A stretch of DNA of 64,000 nucleotides from an uncultured Clostridia bacterium (GTDB lineage Bacteria; Bacillota; Clostridia; TANB77; CAG-465): NCBI GenBank assembly GCA_947628005.1, contig CANQYI010000004.1:80042-144041 (forward strand), written 5' to 3'. Of the stretch, positions 31,091 through 41,075 are shown in pieces. A model generated the notes under the pieces. That model did no database searches, was not told the DNA's origin, and was given only the letters and a program-made list of their open reading frames with translations. Both the position numbers and the translations under genes were made by a program. Position 1 is the first letter of the stretch. Each line of letters starts with the position of its first letter.

Positions 31091-31537
31091 ATGGATTATA
31101 GGATAATCACAAATCAAATCTTGGTGGGTAAGGCCACCAAGGAGGAACTTCTAAAAAGATACGGTTGCTCTGAAAGCACACTGTATCGTTGCCTTGAACA
31201 GGGCGGCGATGATAAGAAGAAATTGCTTGCCCAAATGCGGGCAAACAAGAAGGCCCCAAAAATCTACCTTGACGTCTCGTACGTAAGGGCCTTTGGTGAA
31301 ATGTCCGCGTTGATGTATTTCTTAGGACGTGGCAGAATCTATGCTACGGGCCTGAGAGATGGAGGCATCAATGTTAATGAGATAGACCTCAAGGGTCTGT
31401 ATCAGGACAAGGACGGTTTCACGGTTGTATGTGGGGCAGATAATAAAGCCTTCATGTATGAAGAAGCCGGTTTTAGGACTGTGACGTACAAGAAGAAAAA
31501 ATACAATTTCCGTAGGAAAAAGGAGGAAGTAAGCTAA
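31091..31537 (+). CDS. 148-aa protein of foreign composition with an N-terminal resolvase-type HTH (..GCSESTLYRCL..) and a C-terminal domain of unknown function
   Basis: AGGAGG RBS 8 nt upstream. GC content is about 45-50% against a ~25% background. Codon usage is alien to the host (ctg, ggc, gcc, gcg, acg, cgt); the first ~10 codons are AT-rich, then the composition switches. Confidence 0.6.
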   Translation: MDYRIITNQILVGKATKEELLKRYGCSESTLYRCLEQGGDDKKKLLAQMRANKKAPKIYLDVSYVRAFGEMSALMYFLGRGRIYATGLRDGGINVNEIDLKGLYQDKDGFTVVCGADNKAFMYEEAGFRTVTYKKKKYNFRRKKEEVS

Positions 31538-31551
31538 AAAGCTAAATTTTA

Positions 31552-31588
31552 AGACGGCGCTTAATTTAAGCGCCGTTTATTTTTTTGT
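31552..31588 (+). terminator. GC-rich Rho-independent terminator after the foreign ORF
   Basis: acggcgc-ttaatttaa-gcgccgt followed by T-rich sequence. The GC-only stem is unlike the AT-rich host terminators. Confidence 0.7.
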
Positions 31589-31635
31589 TTATTTGTGTAA
31601 ATTTTATGAAAAGATTTAAAAATAAAATAAAGTAA

Positions 31636-31665
31636 TTGACTTTTATATTATATCTTTGCTATAAT
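31636..31665 (+). promoter_or_regulatory. Sigma-A-type promoter for pgsA copy 2
   Basis: ttgact at 31636-31641, 18-nt spacer, tgctataat at 31657-31665. Confidence 0.5.
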
Positions 31666-31689
31666 ATGCATAAAAAGGAGAAGATATAA

Positions 31690-32307
31690 ATGTTAAAGAA
31701 AATGAATTTACCTAACAAATTAACTTGTTTAAGAATAATATTAGTTCCAATTTTTGTTATATTAATGTGTTTACCAGAAGAAATTAATGTTACTAAATAT
31801 ATAGCTTTAGGAATATTTGTACTTGCTGCAGTGACAGATTTCTTAGATGGTACCATTTCAAGAAAAAAAGGAATAGTTACAAATTTTGGAAAAATAATGG
31901 ATCCACTTGCTGATAAACTTTTAGTTTCTGCAGGATTTATAATGCTTACAGGATTACAAATTATTCCAGCATGGATTACTTTCATAATAATTTTTAGAGA
32001 TTTTTTTGTTAATGCACTTAGAATGTTTGCAGTAGGAACTGATGAAGATTTAGCTGCTAGCCTTAGTGGAAAAATAAAGACTATATTTCAACTTGTAGGA
32101 TTAGTTTTAGCTTTAGTAGGATTTGCATTTGGATTTGAATATAATAGCTATGTAGACTTTATTAATTCATATTCTGTAATGAAATTTTTTGAACTTTTTG
32201 TAAATGTATTTATGAGTGTATCTATTTCGGCAGCAACTGTATGTTCTGTATGGTCACTTGTTGATTACTTTTTTAAATATAAAAAACACATAGATGTTGA
32301 AAAATAG
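31690..32307 (+). CDS. pgsA: CDP-diacylglycerol--glycerol-3-phosphate 3-phosphatidyltransferase, copy 2 (diverged paralog)
   Basis: Same motif set (NLPNKLTCLRIILVPIF...DFLDGTISR...GKIMDPLADKLLVS); roughly half identical to copy 1. Confidence 0.85.
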   Translation: MLKKMNLPNKLTCLRIILVPIFVILMCLPEEINVTKYIALGIFVLAAVTDFLDGTISRKKGIVTNFGKIMDPLADKLLVSAGFIMLTGLQIIPAWITFIIIFRDFFVNALRMFAVGTDEDLAASLSGKIKTIFQLVGLVLALVGFAFGFEYNSYVDFINSYSVMKFFELFVNVFMSVSISAATVCSVWSLVDYFFKYKKHIDVEK

Positions 32308-32408
32308 TGTTAATAATTAGAGAGGGTATTAATTTTACCTTCTTTTATTTTTCTATTGAAAAATATTGATTTATAGTATAAAATATTAATATAATGAGGG
32401 GTAGTTTT

Positions 32409-32951
32409 ATGAATAAAGATGGTAGAATTTCTTTGGTATTAATTTTATTTTTACTAATATCAGTTATTTTAATTATTGTAATTGTAAATATTGATTTAGA
32501 TGGAAAGACTCCATATGAGAATACATCTCTTGCCTCATTGCTTGAAAGTAAGGAAGGAATAGAGAATCAAATATCTATCTATAAATCTAATATTTTATCT
32601 ACTAATACAGTTGAAAGTGCGACATATAATGTAATTATAGATAGTAAAAATTATAGTATAATTGATGATAATTATATAGAAGAGCCATTAGATATGGATT
32701 TTAATGGTTCTAGAATTATTTTATATAAAATAGACCAAAATAAATATAAAAAAAATGTTTCTACTAGTGTAATGATGCAAGAAGATCTTATAGACAACTT
32801 ATTTATAGATGACAATGAAAGTGTGTACTTTGTATTTGATAATTATGATAGTATTCCTAAATGGGTAAAAAAAATATTAGAAAATGGAAAAGATTATGAA
32901 AAACAAACTCTTGCAAATTTTATAGTAATAAAAGATAATGGAGAATTATAA
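32409..32951 (+). CDS. Hypothetical membrane-anchored protein
   Basis: GAGGGG RBS then the ATG at 32409; one N-terminal TM; no family recognised. Confidence 0.45.
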   Translation: MNKDGRISLVLILFLLISVILIIVIVNIDLDGKTPYENTSLASLLESKEGIENQISIYKSNILSTNTVESATYNVIIDSKNYSIIDDNYIEEPLDMDFNGSRIILYKIDQNKYKKNVSTSVMMQEDLIDNLFIDDNESVYFVFDNYDSIPKWVKKILENGKDYEKQTLANFIVIKDNGEL

Positions 32952-32952
32952 T

Positions 32953-34971
32953 ATGAATTTTGAACAGTTAAATATATTTTCAGATGATGAAAATTTAGAA
33001 CAAATTGAAAATGAGATAAAAAAGTTAAGGGAAGAAATAGTATATCACAATAAGAAATATTATGATCAAGATGAGCCAGAAATTTCTGATTATGAGTATG
33101 ACAAATTAACTCAAAGGCTAAAAAAATTAGAAAGTAAATACCCACAATTTATAACGAAAGATTCTCCAACTCAAAAAGTTGGTGGAACGGTAAGTAAACT
33201 TTTCGATGAAGTAAAGCATAGCGTACAAATGCAGAGCTTACAAGATGTATTTAGCTTCGAGGAAGTTGAAGATTTTACAAAGAAAATCGAAGATGAATAT
33301 GATAATATTGAATATATTGTAGAAACTAAAATTGATGGATTATCTATTTCCTTGGAATATAAAGATGGTATATTTGTAAGGGGTTCTACTAGAGGAGACG
33401 GATTTGCTGGTGAAGATGTAACTCAAAATTTAAAATGTATAAAAGATATACCACAGAAGTTAAATGAGAAAATAGATATTGAAGTAAGGGGAGAAGTTTA
33501 TCTACCAAGAGAAGAATTTAATAAAATAAATGAAGAATTAGAAAAGAAGGGAAAGCCCCTTTTATCTAATCCAAGAAATGCTGCTGCTGGAACAATTAGA
33601 CAGTTAGATTCTAAACTTGTTGATGAAAGAAATTTAAGTATATTTGTATTTACCGTATTAAAAGGACCAGAATTTGATACAGATAGTAGTAGATTAGACT
33701 ATTTAGAAAAATTAGGATTTAAAGTAGTACAGATAAGAAAAGTATCTAAGAATATCAAAGAAGTTTTATCAGCAATTGAAGAGATAGGAAGTTTAAGAGA
33801 TGAACTTTTATATGATATTGATGGTGCTGTTGTAAAAGTTAATAATCTAAAGGTAAGAGATGAAATAGGAAAAACTGTAAAAGTTCCAAAATGGGCAGTA
33901 GCGTATAAATACCCACCAGAAAGAAAAGAGACTAAGATAATTAATATAGCACTTCAAGTTGGAAGAACAGGTCAAGTAACTCCTATGGCAATACTAGAGC
34001 CAGTGAGACTAGCAGGCTCAGTTATTTCTAAGACAACTCTACATAATTTTGATTATATAAAACAAAAAGATATCAGGGTAAATGATGTAGCTATTATACA
34101 AAAAGCAGGGGATGTAATACCAGAAGTAATAGATGTGCTCCCACAAAAAAGAGATGGTACACAAGTAGAATATGAAGTTCCAAAAGTATGCCCTGTATGT
34201 TTTGAAGAACTTGAAAAAGAAGAAAATCAAGTTGCTCTTAGATGTACTAATAGTGAATGTCCTGCTTGCATATATAGAAGTATAATACATTTTGCTTCAA
34301 GAGATGCTATGGACATTTCTGGACTTGGTCAAAGTAATGTTGAAGCATTAATTGATAATAATTTAATTAAAGATGTCGCAGATATTTATTATTTAAAGTA
34401 TGAAGATATATTAAAACTTGATAGATTTAAAGAAAAATCAGCAAAAAATTTGATAGATTCTATTGAAAAAACAAAATCTAATAGTCTAGATAAGCTTATT
34501 TTTGGACTTGGTATAAGACATATAGGTAAAAAAGCAGCAAAAGTACTTGCTGAAAAATACGATGATATTTATAAAATAATGGATTTAACAGTTGAAGAAG
34601 TTGAAAATATAAATGATTTTGGACTTACTATGGCAAAATCTTTAGTAGAGTTTTTTAGTAAAGCTAAAACAAAAGAACTCATAGAAAAATTTAAAAATGC
34701 TGGAGTAAATATTGAAGGTAAAAAAAGTGATGCACTATCAACTAAGCTTGAAAATAAAAATATAGTAGTTACTGGAACTTTTGATAACTATACAAGAGAT
34801 GATATAGTAAAACTTATTGAACAAAATTCAGGTAAATTTGTAAGTTCAGTATCTAAAAAGACTGATTTTGTAATAGCAGGTGAACAAGCAGGATCTAAAC
34901 TTAATAAGGCAAATGATTTAGGTATAAAAGTTATAACAATAAATGATTTTTTAAATATGATAAACAGTTAA
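32953..34971 (+). CDS. ligA: NAD-dependent DNA ligase
   Basis: KxDG adenylation motif (ETKIDGLSIS), OB fold, Cys4 zinc finger (CPVC...CTNSEC), HhH and a BRCT C-terminus. The ATG at 32953 has a GGAGA RBS 8 nt upstream (track start 32938). Confidence 0.9.
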   Translation: MNFEQLNIFSDDENLEQIENEIKKLREEIVYHNKKYYDQDEPEISDYEYDKLTQRLKKLESKYPQFITKDSPTQKVGGTVSKLFDEVKHSVQMQSLQDVFSFEEVEDFTKKIEDEYDNIEYIVETKIDGLSISLEYKDGIFVRGSTRGDGFAGEDVTQNLKCIKDIPQKLNEKIDIEVRGEVYLPREEFNKINEELEKKGKPLLSNPRNAAAGTIRQLDSKLVDERNLSIFVFTVLKGPEFDTDSSRLDYLEKLGFKVVQIRKVSKNIKEVLSAIEEIGSLRDELLYDIDGAVVKVNNLKVRDEIGKTVKVPKWAVAYKYPPERKETKIINIALQVGRTGQVTPMAILEPVRLAGSVISKTTLHNFDYIKQKDIRVNDVAIIQKAGDVIPEVIDVLPQKRDGTQVEYEVPKVCPVCFEELEKEENQVALRCTNSECPACIYRSIIHFASRDAMDISGLGQSNVEALIDNNLIKDVADIYYLKYEDILKLDRFKEKSAKNLIDSIEKTKSNSLDKLIFGLGIRHIGKKAAKVLAEKYDDIYKIMDLTVEEVENINDFGLTMAKSLVEFFSKAKTKELIEKFKNAGVNIEGKKSDALSTKLENKNIVVTGTFDNYTRDDIVKLIEQNSGKFVSSVSKKTDFVIAGEQAGSKLNKANDLGIKVITINDFLNMINS

Positions 34972-34999
34972 TATAATTGCCGTAAGGTATGGTGAAAAA

Positions 35000-37900
35000 A
35001 TGAATCCGCTAATTAATATAAAGAGTAATATATTTGAAAATATTCTACAAGATATACAAGATAAAGATATTAGTATTTCATATTTAACAGATAGTTCTAA
35101 AGCCCATATTATATATGGGCTTACTGTGCGTGGTAAAAAATCTTCACTTGTGTGTTGTGCTAACACAGTAGATGCACATAAAATGGTAACTAATTTAAAA
35201 TTTTATTCTGATATAAGTGTTGAATATTTTCCAGCAAAAGAATTGATATACTACGATATAGAAGCTGAAAGTAAAGAAAATTTAATTGATAGAATGAGTA
35301 TAATAAAAAACATATTGCTAGATAAAAATAAAAAAATTATTGTTACTACAATAGATGCTTTAATGCAAAATATGCCTGACTTTGATAATAGATTAAATAA
35401 TTTAGAGACTTATATAGATATTAATACTAAAGTTAATTTGGATGACTTTGTAAATACACTTATTAATATGGGCTACGAAAGATGTGAAAATATAGAAGGT
35501 AAATCTCAATTTGCTGTAAGAGGTGGAATAATTGATGTATTTCCAATTGAGAGTAAATTACCAGTAAGAATTGAATTTTTTGGAGATGAAATTGATAATA
35601 TAAGGACTTTTGATTTAATTACTCAAAGAAGTATAGATACATTGCATCATGTAAATATAACTTTTGTCAAAGAAAATAATATAGATAAATCAACAAAAAA
35701 TGATGCTATAAAAAAAATTAATAAATTAATTGAATCTGAGGAATGTGATACAAAATTAAAAGACTATTTAAAAGAAGATTTAGATAAGATAGAAAATGAT
35801 GATACATACGGTATTATAGATAAGTACTTTGAAATATTAGTCAAAAATAAGAAAAAATTATTAGATTACTTAAAAGATTATAATATATTTATTAATGAGC
35901 CACAGAAATGTTTAGAAAAATCATATAACTTAATTAATGAAAATCAAGAAACTTTAAATGTATTAGAGGAAAAAAATTACATATATAGACCATTTGTAGC
36001 AAAGTATTTAAATTATGATGATACTTTCGATGGCGTTAAAAATCGTATATACTTAGAAAATCTTAAAATTTCAAATTCTAATAAATCATATTCAAAAGAA
36101 TATGTCTTAGATTTTAAGGAACAAAATTTTTATAAAAACTCATTTGAGACGTTGTTATCAGATGTAAAAAAACATAAAGATTATTTAAAAATACTTGTTT
36201 TTCCTACAAAAGTTAGAGAAGAACAAGTAAGCAATTTTCTTATAGATAATAAAGTTAATGTATTACAGGTAAATGATATATTTGATGTTGATATAACTAG
36301 AAAAGATACTGTATATATAATGCAGTCTGTGCTATCAAATGGTTATGTATCTGATAATTTAAAATTGTACATTTTGACTGAATCTGTTACGGGAACAAAT
36401 TCTAAATTTAAAAAATTAAGAAAATCTAAACCTTTAGGTAGTGTTATTAATAGCTATGATGATTTGCAAATAGGGGATTATATAGTACATGAAAATCACG
36501 GTATAGGTATATATAGAGGAATTAGCACAATTAGTGTTCAAAATGTGATAAAAGATTATATAAAATTAGAATATCAAAATGGTGGAATTTTATATGTACC
36601 GATAAATCAATTAGATAGTGTTACAAAATATATAAGTGATGAAGATAAAGTAGTAAAACTTAATTCATTAAATGGAAAAGACTGGGAAAAAACGAAGAAA
36701 AATGTACAAGAACACGTATATGAGATTGCTAAAGAATTGATAAGTTTATATGCTAAAAGAGAAAAATCTAAAGGCTATGCATTTGAAAAAGATAGTCAGT
36801 GGCAAAAAGAATTTGAAGATTCATTTGAATATGAACTTACTCCCGATCAAAAACAGGCAGTTATGGATGTAAAAGCTGATATGGAAAGTGATAAAATAAT
36901 GGATAGATTGCTATGTGGCGATGTTGGATATGGAAAGACAGAAGTAGCACTTAGAGCTGCATTTAAAGCTGTAATGAGCGGAAAACAAGTAGCTTACCTT
37001 GTTCCAACTACTGTATTATCTATGCAACAATATCAAACTTTTAAATCCAGAATGGATCCATTTGGAGTCAAGGTAGAAATGCTTAGTAGATTTAAATCAA
37101 AGGCTGAACAGACTGAAATATTAAAGGGACTTATAGATGGTAAAATTGATGTTGTAATTGGAACACATAGACTTTTATCTAAGGATGTTTATTTTAAAGA
37201 TTTAGGATTTTTAATTATAGATGAAGAGCATAGATTTGGTGTAAAAGCTAAAGAAGCAATAAAAACATTAAAAGAAAATATAGATGTTTTATCTATGACT
37301 GCAACACCGATACCTAGAACATTGCACATGTCACTTGTAGGTATTAGATCTATGAGTACACTTACAGAGCCACCGCTAGAAAGATTACCAGTACATACAT
37401 ATGTTTTAGAATATGATGATGTAATTATAAAAGAAGCAATTGAAAAAGAATTGTTAAGAGATGGCCAAGTATTTTATATAAGTAATAGAGTAGAAGATAT
37501 AGAGGAAGTTACAAATAAGGTTAAAAATCTTGTACCAAATGCAAGAGTCGGATTTGCTCATGGTCAAATGTCACCAGATGAGATAGAAGATGTAATGATA
37601 AAATTTATTAATCACGATTTAGACATAATAGTTTGTACAACCATATTGGAAACAGGTATTGATATCAGAAATGCTAATACTATAATAATAGAAAATGCTG
37701 ATAAATTAGGACTTGCTCAATTATATCAAATAAGAGGAAGAGTTGGAAGGTCAAATAGACTTGCTTACGCTTATATTACTTACGAAAAAAATAAACAAAT
37801 CTCTGAAATATCTGAAAAGAGGCTTAAAGCAATTAGAGATTTTACTGAATTTGGAAGTGGATTTAAAATAGCTCTAAGAGATTTAGAAATAAGAGGAGCA

Positions 37901-38423
37901 GGAAGTTTGCTTGGAAGTAAACAACATCGGTCATATGGTTAAAGTTGGTTATGAAATGTACATGAATTTACTTGAAAGAGCAGTTGAAAAAGAAAAGAAT
38001 GCAGATAAAGAAAATAATATTGTTAAACAAAATATTAATAAAGAGGTAAAGATAGATGTAAATGTTTCAGCATATATTAGTGATGAATATATAAAAGATC
38101 CAATACAAAAGATTTTAATGTATCAGAAAATATCTAATATTTCTAATAAAGAAGAAAGTTTAGATGTAACAGATGAATTGTTAGATAGATATGGAAATAT
38201 ACCAATTGAAACACAAAATTTAATAAAAATAGTAGAAATAAGAAATATTGCAAGAGAGATTGGTGTTAATAAAATATGTGTAAATGGTGAAAATTTGTTT
38301 ATTGAAACTAATGATAGGAAATTAAGATTGACAAACAAAAAAACAAATGATATACTTGTTTACATACAGTTACAGCTAAATGACTTAAAAGAAAAATTAA
38401 ATGAAAAGGAGAGTTATACATGA
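35000..38423 (+). pseudogene. mfd: Transcription-repair coupling factor Mfd, split by a +1 frameshift (single extra C) near nt 37928
   Basis: ORFs 35000..37942 and 37911..38423 together give a full-length Mfd (UvrB-homology, RID, DEAD/helicase motifs GDVGYGKTEVALRA, DEEHRFGV, TRCF C-terminus). The join reads LLGSKQH|GHMVKVGYEMY only if the C in catCggtcat is removed. Confidence 0.8.
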
Positions 38424-39646
38424 AAAAAAATAAAGAGGAAGCAAATGTAATAGACGAAAAGAAAACAAAAAAAGAAAAAAAAGCAGAAAAAGTAAATGAA
38501 GAAAAGAATTTAGAAAAGGTTAAAGAAAAAAGACTTAAAAAGATTAACACTATAAGTTCAGATAAAATTGCTATATTTTCTATAATATTGATAGTATTAT
38601 TAATAGCTTTTGGATTATTCTTCTATTTATACTATTCACAAAATATGGTGGCAGTTGTAACTTTTGATGGTGGAAAAGTAACACGTGCAGAATATGAAGT
38701 TTATTATAAAACTTTCCAACCTTTCTTAACTCAGTATTATGGCTATCCAGAAGATGAAGTTGGAAATCAAATAGCACAAAAAGCTGCTTTAGATAAAATA
38801 ATTGTAAATGATGCTAAAGCTAAAGGTGTTACATTAAGTGATGAAGATATACAAGAAATAAATGATGTATTTAATGATGAAGAAAGAGTAAAATCCTTTA
38901 CACAAAGTGGAATTGACCTTTCTATAATGAGACAATTATATGAAAGTGATTATATGATATCAAATTATATGGAAAAATTGGCAGAAGAACTTACTGATGA
39001 TGAGGTAAAAACATATATTACTTCTACTTACGGAGAATCTTCAGATTTATATGAATACAATACAAGTCACATATTATTTAAAACAATTGATGACTCATAT
39101 CAAAGCATAAGCGATGAAGAAAAAAATGCTAAGAAGGCAAAAGCTGAAGAAGTTTTACAAAGAGCTTTAGCAGGTGAAGATTTTGCTGCTCTTGCAAAAG
39201 AATTTTCTGAAGATAGTACAGCAGATGAAGGTGGAGTATTCGTAATGTATATGGACGGAAATACAATTACTGAATATTCTGATGCAGTAAAAACTTTATC
39301 TGAAGGACAGATTTGCCCTAATATAGTAGAATCTGAATATGGATACCACATAATAAAATTAAATCAAAAAATAGAAAATGGTAGATTAAAAAATTCATCA
39401 GAAAGAGAAACTTATGTATCAGAAAAGATTAATTCATTGTCAGAAGAAAAAAATGTAAAAGTAAATGAAGAAATAATGAATAAAATTATTGAAAAAATAA
39501 AAGGTCAAACTTCAACTAGTGATGATGAAGATGCAGAAACTGAAGCAGTTGATACAGAAGATTCAACAGAATCTAGTACAGATGGTGAAGATCAAACACA
39601 GCAACAAGAAAATGTAGAACAAGAAGAACAGACAACTGCTGAATAA
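38420..39646 (+). CDS. PrsA-like parvulin-type peptidyl-prolyl isomerase, membrane anchored, acidic C-terminal tail
   Basis: N-terminal TM, SurA/PrsA-like N domain, PpiC domain (SHILFKT...GGVF...YGYHIIK), D/E/T-rich tail. Confidence 0.7.
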   Translation: MKKNKEEANVIDEKKTKKEKKAEKVNEEKNLEKVKEKRLKKINTISSDKIAIFSIILIVLLIAFGLFFYLYYSQNMVAVVTFDGGKVTRAEYEVYYKTFQPFLTQYYGYPEDEVGNQIAQKAALDKIIVNDAKAKGVTLSDEDIQEINDVFNDEERVKSFTQSGIDLSIMRQLYESDYMISNYMEKLAEELTDDEVKTYITSTYGESSDLYEYNTSHILFKTIDDSYQSISDEEKNAKKAKAEEVLQRALAGEDFAALAKEFSEDSTADEGGVFVMYMDGNTITEYSDAVKTLSEGQICPNIVESEYGYHIIKLNQKIENGRLKNSSERETYVSEKINSLSEEKNVKVNEEIMNKIIEKIKGQTSTSDDEDAETEAVDTEDSTESSTDGEDQTQQQENVEQEEQTTAE

Positions 39647-39658
39647 AAGGAGTATATA

Positions 39659-40492
39659 ATGGATATATCTTTGTGTATTAATAGTAAATCAAATGAAAAA
39701 GTAAAATTTATAAAATCTTTAAATGATAAAAAGTTTAGAATTATAAATAATGCTTTTTACTTAGAAGGTATAAAAGTTGTAAATGAAATATTAGATTCAA
39801 AAAAAGCGATAGACATTTTGTTTATCGCTTATTCTGATGAGATTTTAAAATCAACAAAACAGGGAAATAATATCTTAGAAAAAATCAATTCTAAGGATTA
39901 TACTAATATTTCACGTTATAATTTTTCAAAAAATATATTTAATTATATGTGTGATACAGTCACACCACAAGGAATATTAGTTGTATTAAATATTGAAAAT
40001 AAAAATATTGATTATTTAATAAATGATGCAAATAATAATAATGAAAATATTTTAATTATAGATAAGGTTCAAGATGCTGGAAATCTTGGAACTATAATAA
40101 GAAGTGCAAATGCATTTAAAATAAAAAATATTATTTGTATTTCAGGAACTGTAGATGCATATTCTCAAAAGGTAATAAGATCAACAATGGGGACAATGCT
40201 TAATACTAATATGATATATGTTACATATGACCAGATGAAAGCTATAAAACAAAAGTTAAATGAAAATAATTTTTTAATTGCCTCTTCTATGCTAAATGCA
40301 AAGTCTTACATTCAAGATTTAGATTTTAGTAAAAAATATGCTTTTGTATTAGGAAATGAGGCAAATGGAATAAGTAAAGAAATGCTTTCATTATCAGATA
40401 ATACATTTAAAATAGATATTAAAAGTAATGTGGAGTCTTTAAATGTTGCTGTAGCATGTGGAATAATACTTTTTAATCAATATAAGAAATAA
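39659..40492 (+). CDS. TrmH/SpoU-family RNA 2'-O-methyltransferase (RlmB-like)
   Basis: C-terminal SpoU methylase motifs (DKVQDAGNLGTIIRSA, FVLGNEANGIS, NVAVACGIILF). Confidence 0.75.
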   Translation: MDISLCINSKSNEKVKFIKSLNDKKFRIINNAFYLEGIKVVNEILDSKKAIDILFIAYSDEILKSTKQGNNILEKINSKDYTNISRYNFSKNIFNYMCDTVTPQGILVVLNIENKNIDYLINDANNNNENILIIDKVQDAGNLGTIIRSANAFKIKNIICISGTVDAYSQKVIRSTMGTMLNTNMIYVTYDQMKAIKQKLNENNFLIASSMLNAKSYIQDLDFSKKYAFVLGNEANGISKEMLSLSDNTFKIDIKSNVESLNVAVACGIILFNQYKK

Positions 40493-40582
40493 TAAAATTT
40501 ATAAAAATCTCTATATAGTATAAACTTATTTTATTTGCACAATATATAATTAGACAAATTATTAATTTGTCAGGAGGTTTTT

Positions 40583-40798
40583 ATGAAAGCTTTAAACGTT
40601 ATATTCTTAATTTTAGTTATAATAGGAGCTGTTAACTGGGGTTGCATAGGATTATTTGGTACAGACGTTGTAGGAACTATTTTAGGTGGAACAACTTCTG
40701 TAATAAGTAGAATTGTGTATACTATAGTTGGTATAGCTGGTCTTTGGTCTTTATCTTTTTTCGGTAAAGTTGATGACAAAGAGGAACAAGCTTCTTAA
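40583..40798 (+). CDS. DUF378 family small membrane protein
   Basis: MKALNVIFLILVIIGAVNWGCIGLFGTDVV signature. Confidence 0.7.
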   Translation: MKALNVIFLILVIIGAVNWGCIGLFGTDVVGTILGGTTSVISRIVYTIVGIAGLWSLSFFGKVDDKEEQAS

Positions 40799-40811
40799 AT
40801 ATAACTAAAAA

Positions 40812-40842
40812 AGGTTAGTGTGACTTATACTAACCTTTTTTG
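40812..40842. terminator. Bidirectional Rho-independent terminator
   Basis: aggttagt-loop-actaacct flanked by A5 and T6. Confidence 0.7.
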
Positions 40843-40871
40843 TTGACATATTCAAGAATTTATGATATAAT
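40843..40871 (+). promoter_or_regulatory. Perfect consensus sigma-A promoter with extended -10 and no downstream protein gene
   Basis: ttgaca at 40843-40848, 17-nt spacer, tgatataat at 40863-40871. Confidence 0.6.
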
Positions 40872-40877
40872 AACCGT

Positions 40878-41075
40878 ACGTTGTAAAAAATTGATTTTAA
40901 AGATAATTTTCTTTTTTTGTTTTATTTTATTTTATTTTGGCTTACTATATTCTTTGCAATATTTACTTTATTTTATTTTTTTATTTTTGCGTGCGAGGGA
41001 TTAGTCATATGGCCTCCTTTTTGATTGGGAAATTGAGCAGCTTTTAAAAAAGCTGCTCATTTCCTTTTTTTAGCA
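40878..41075 (+). ncRNA. Candidate small RNA (about 190 nt) from the consensus promoter to a terminator; may carry a 12-codon mini-ORF
   Basis: No ORF of 60 aa or more on either strand. Contains AT-rich ttttat-type repeats, then a GC-rich patch gcgtgcgagggattagtcatatggcctcc, then the hairpin gagcagc-ttttaaaaaa-gctgctc plus a T-run at 41031-41070. Mini-ORF 41009..41047 (MASFLIGKLSSF) follows a GAGGGA motif by 8 nt. Confidence 0.25.

Noticed and set aside
31659-31985. 108-aa minus-strand ORF overlapping the start of pgsA copy 2
   Set aside because: Antisense to a conserved gene and its promoter, with no RBS.
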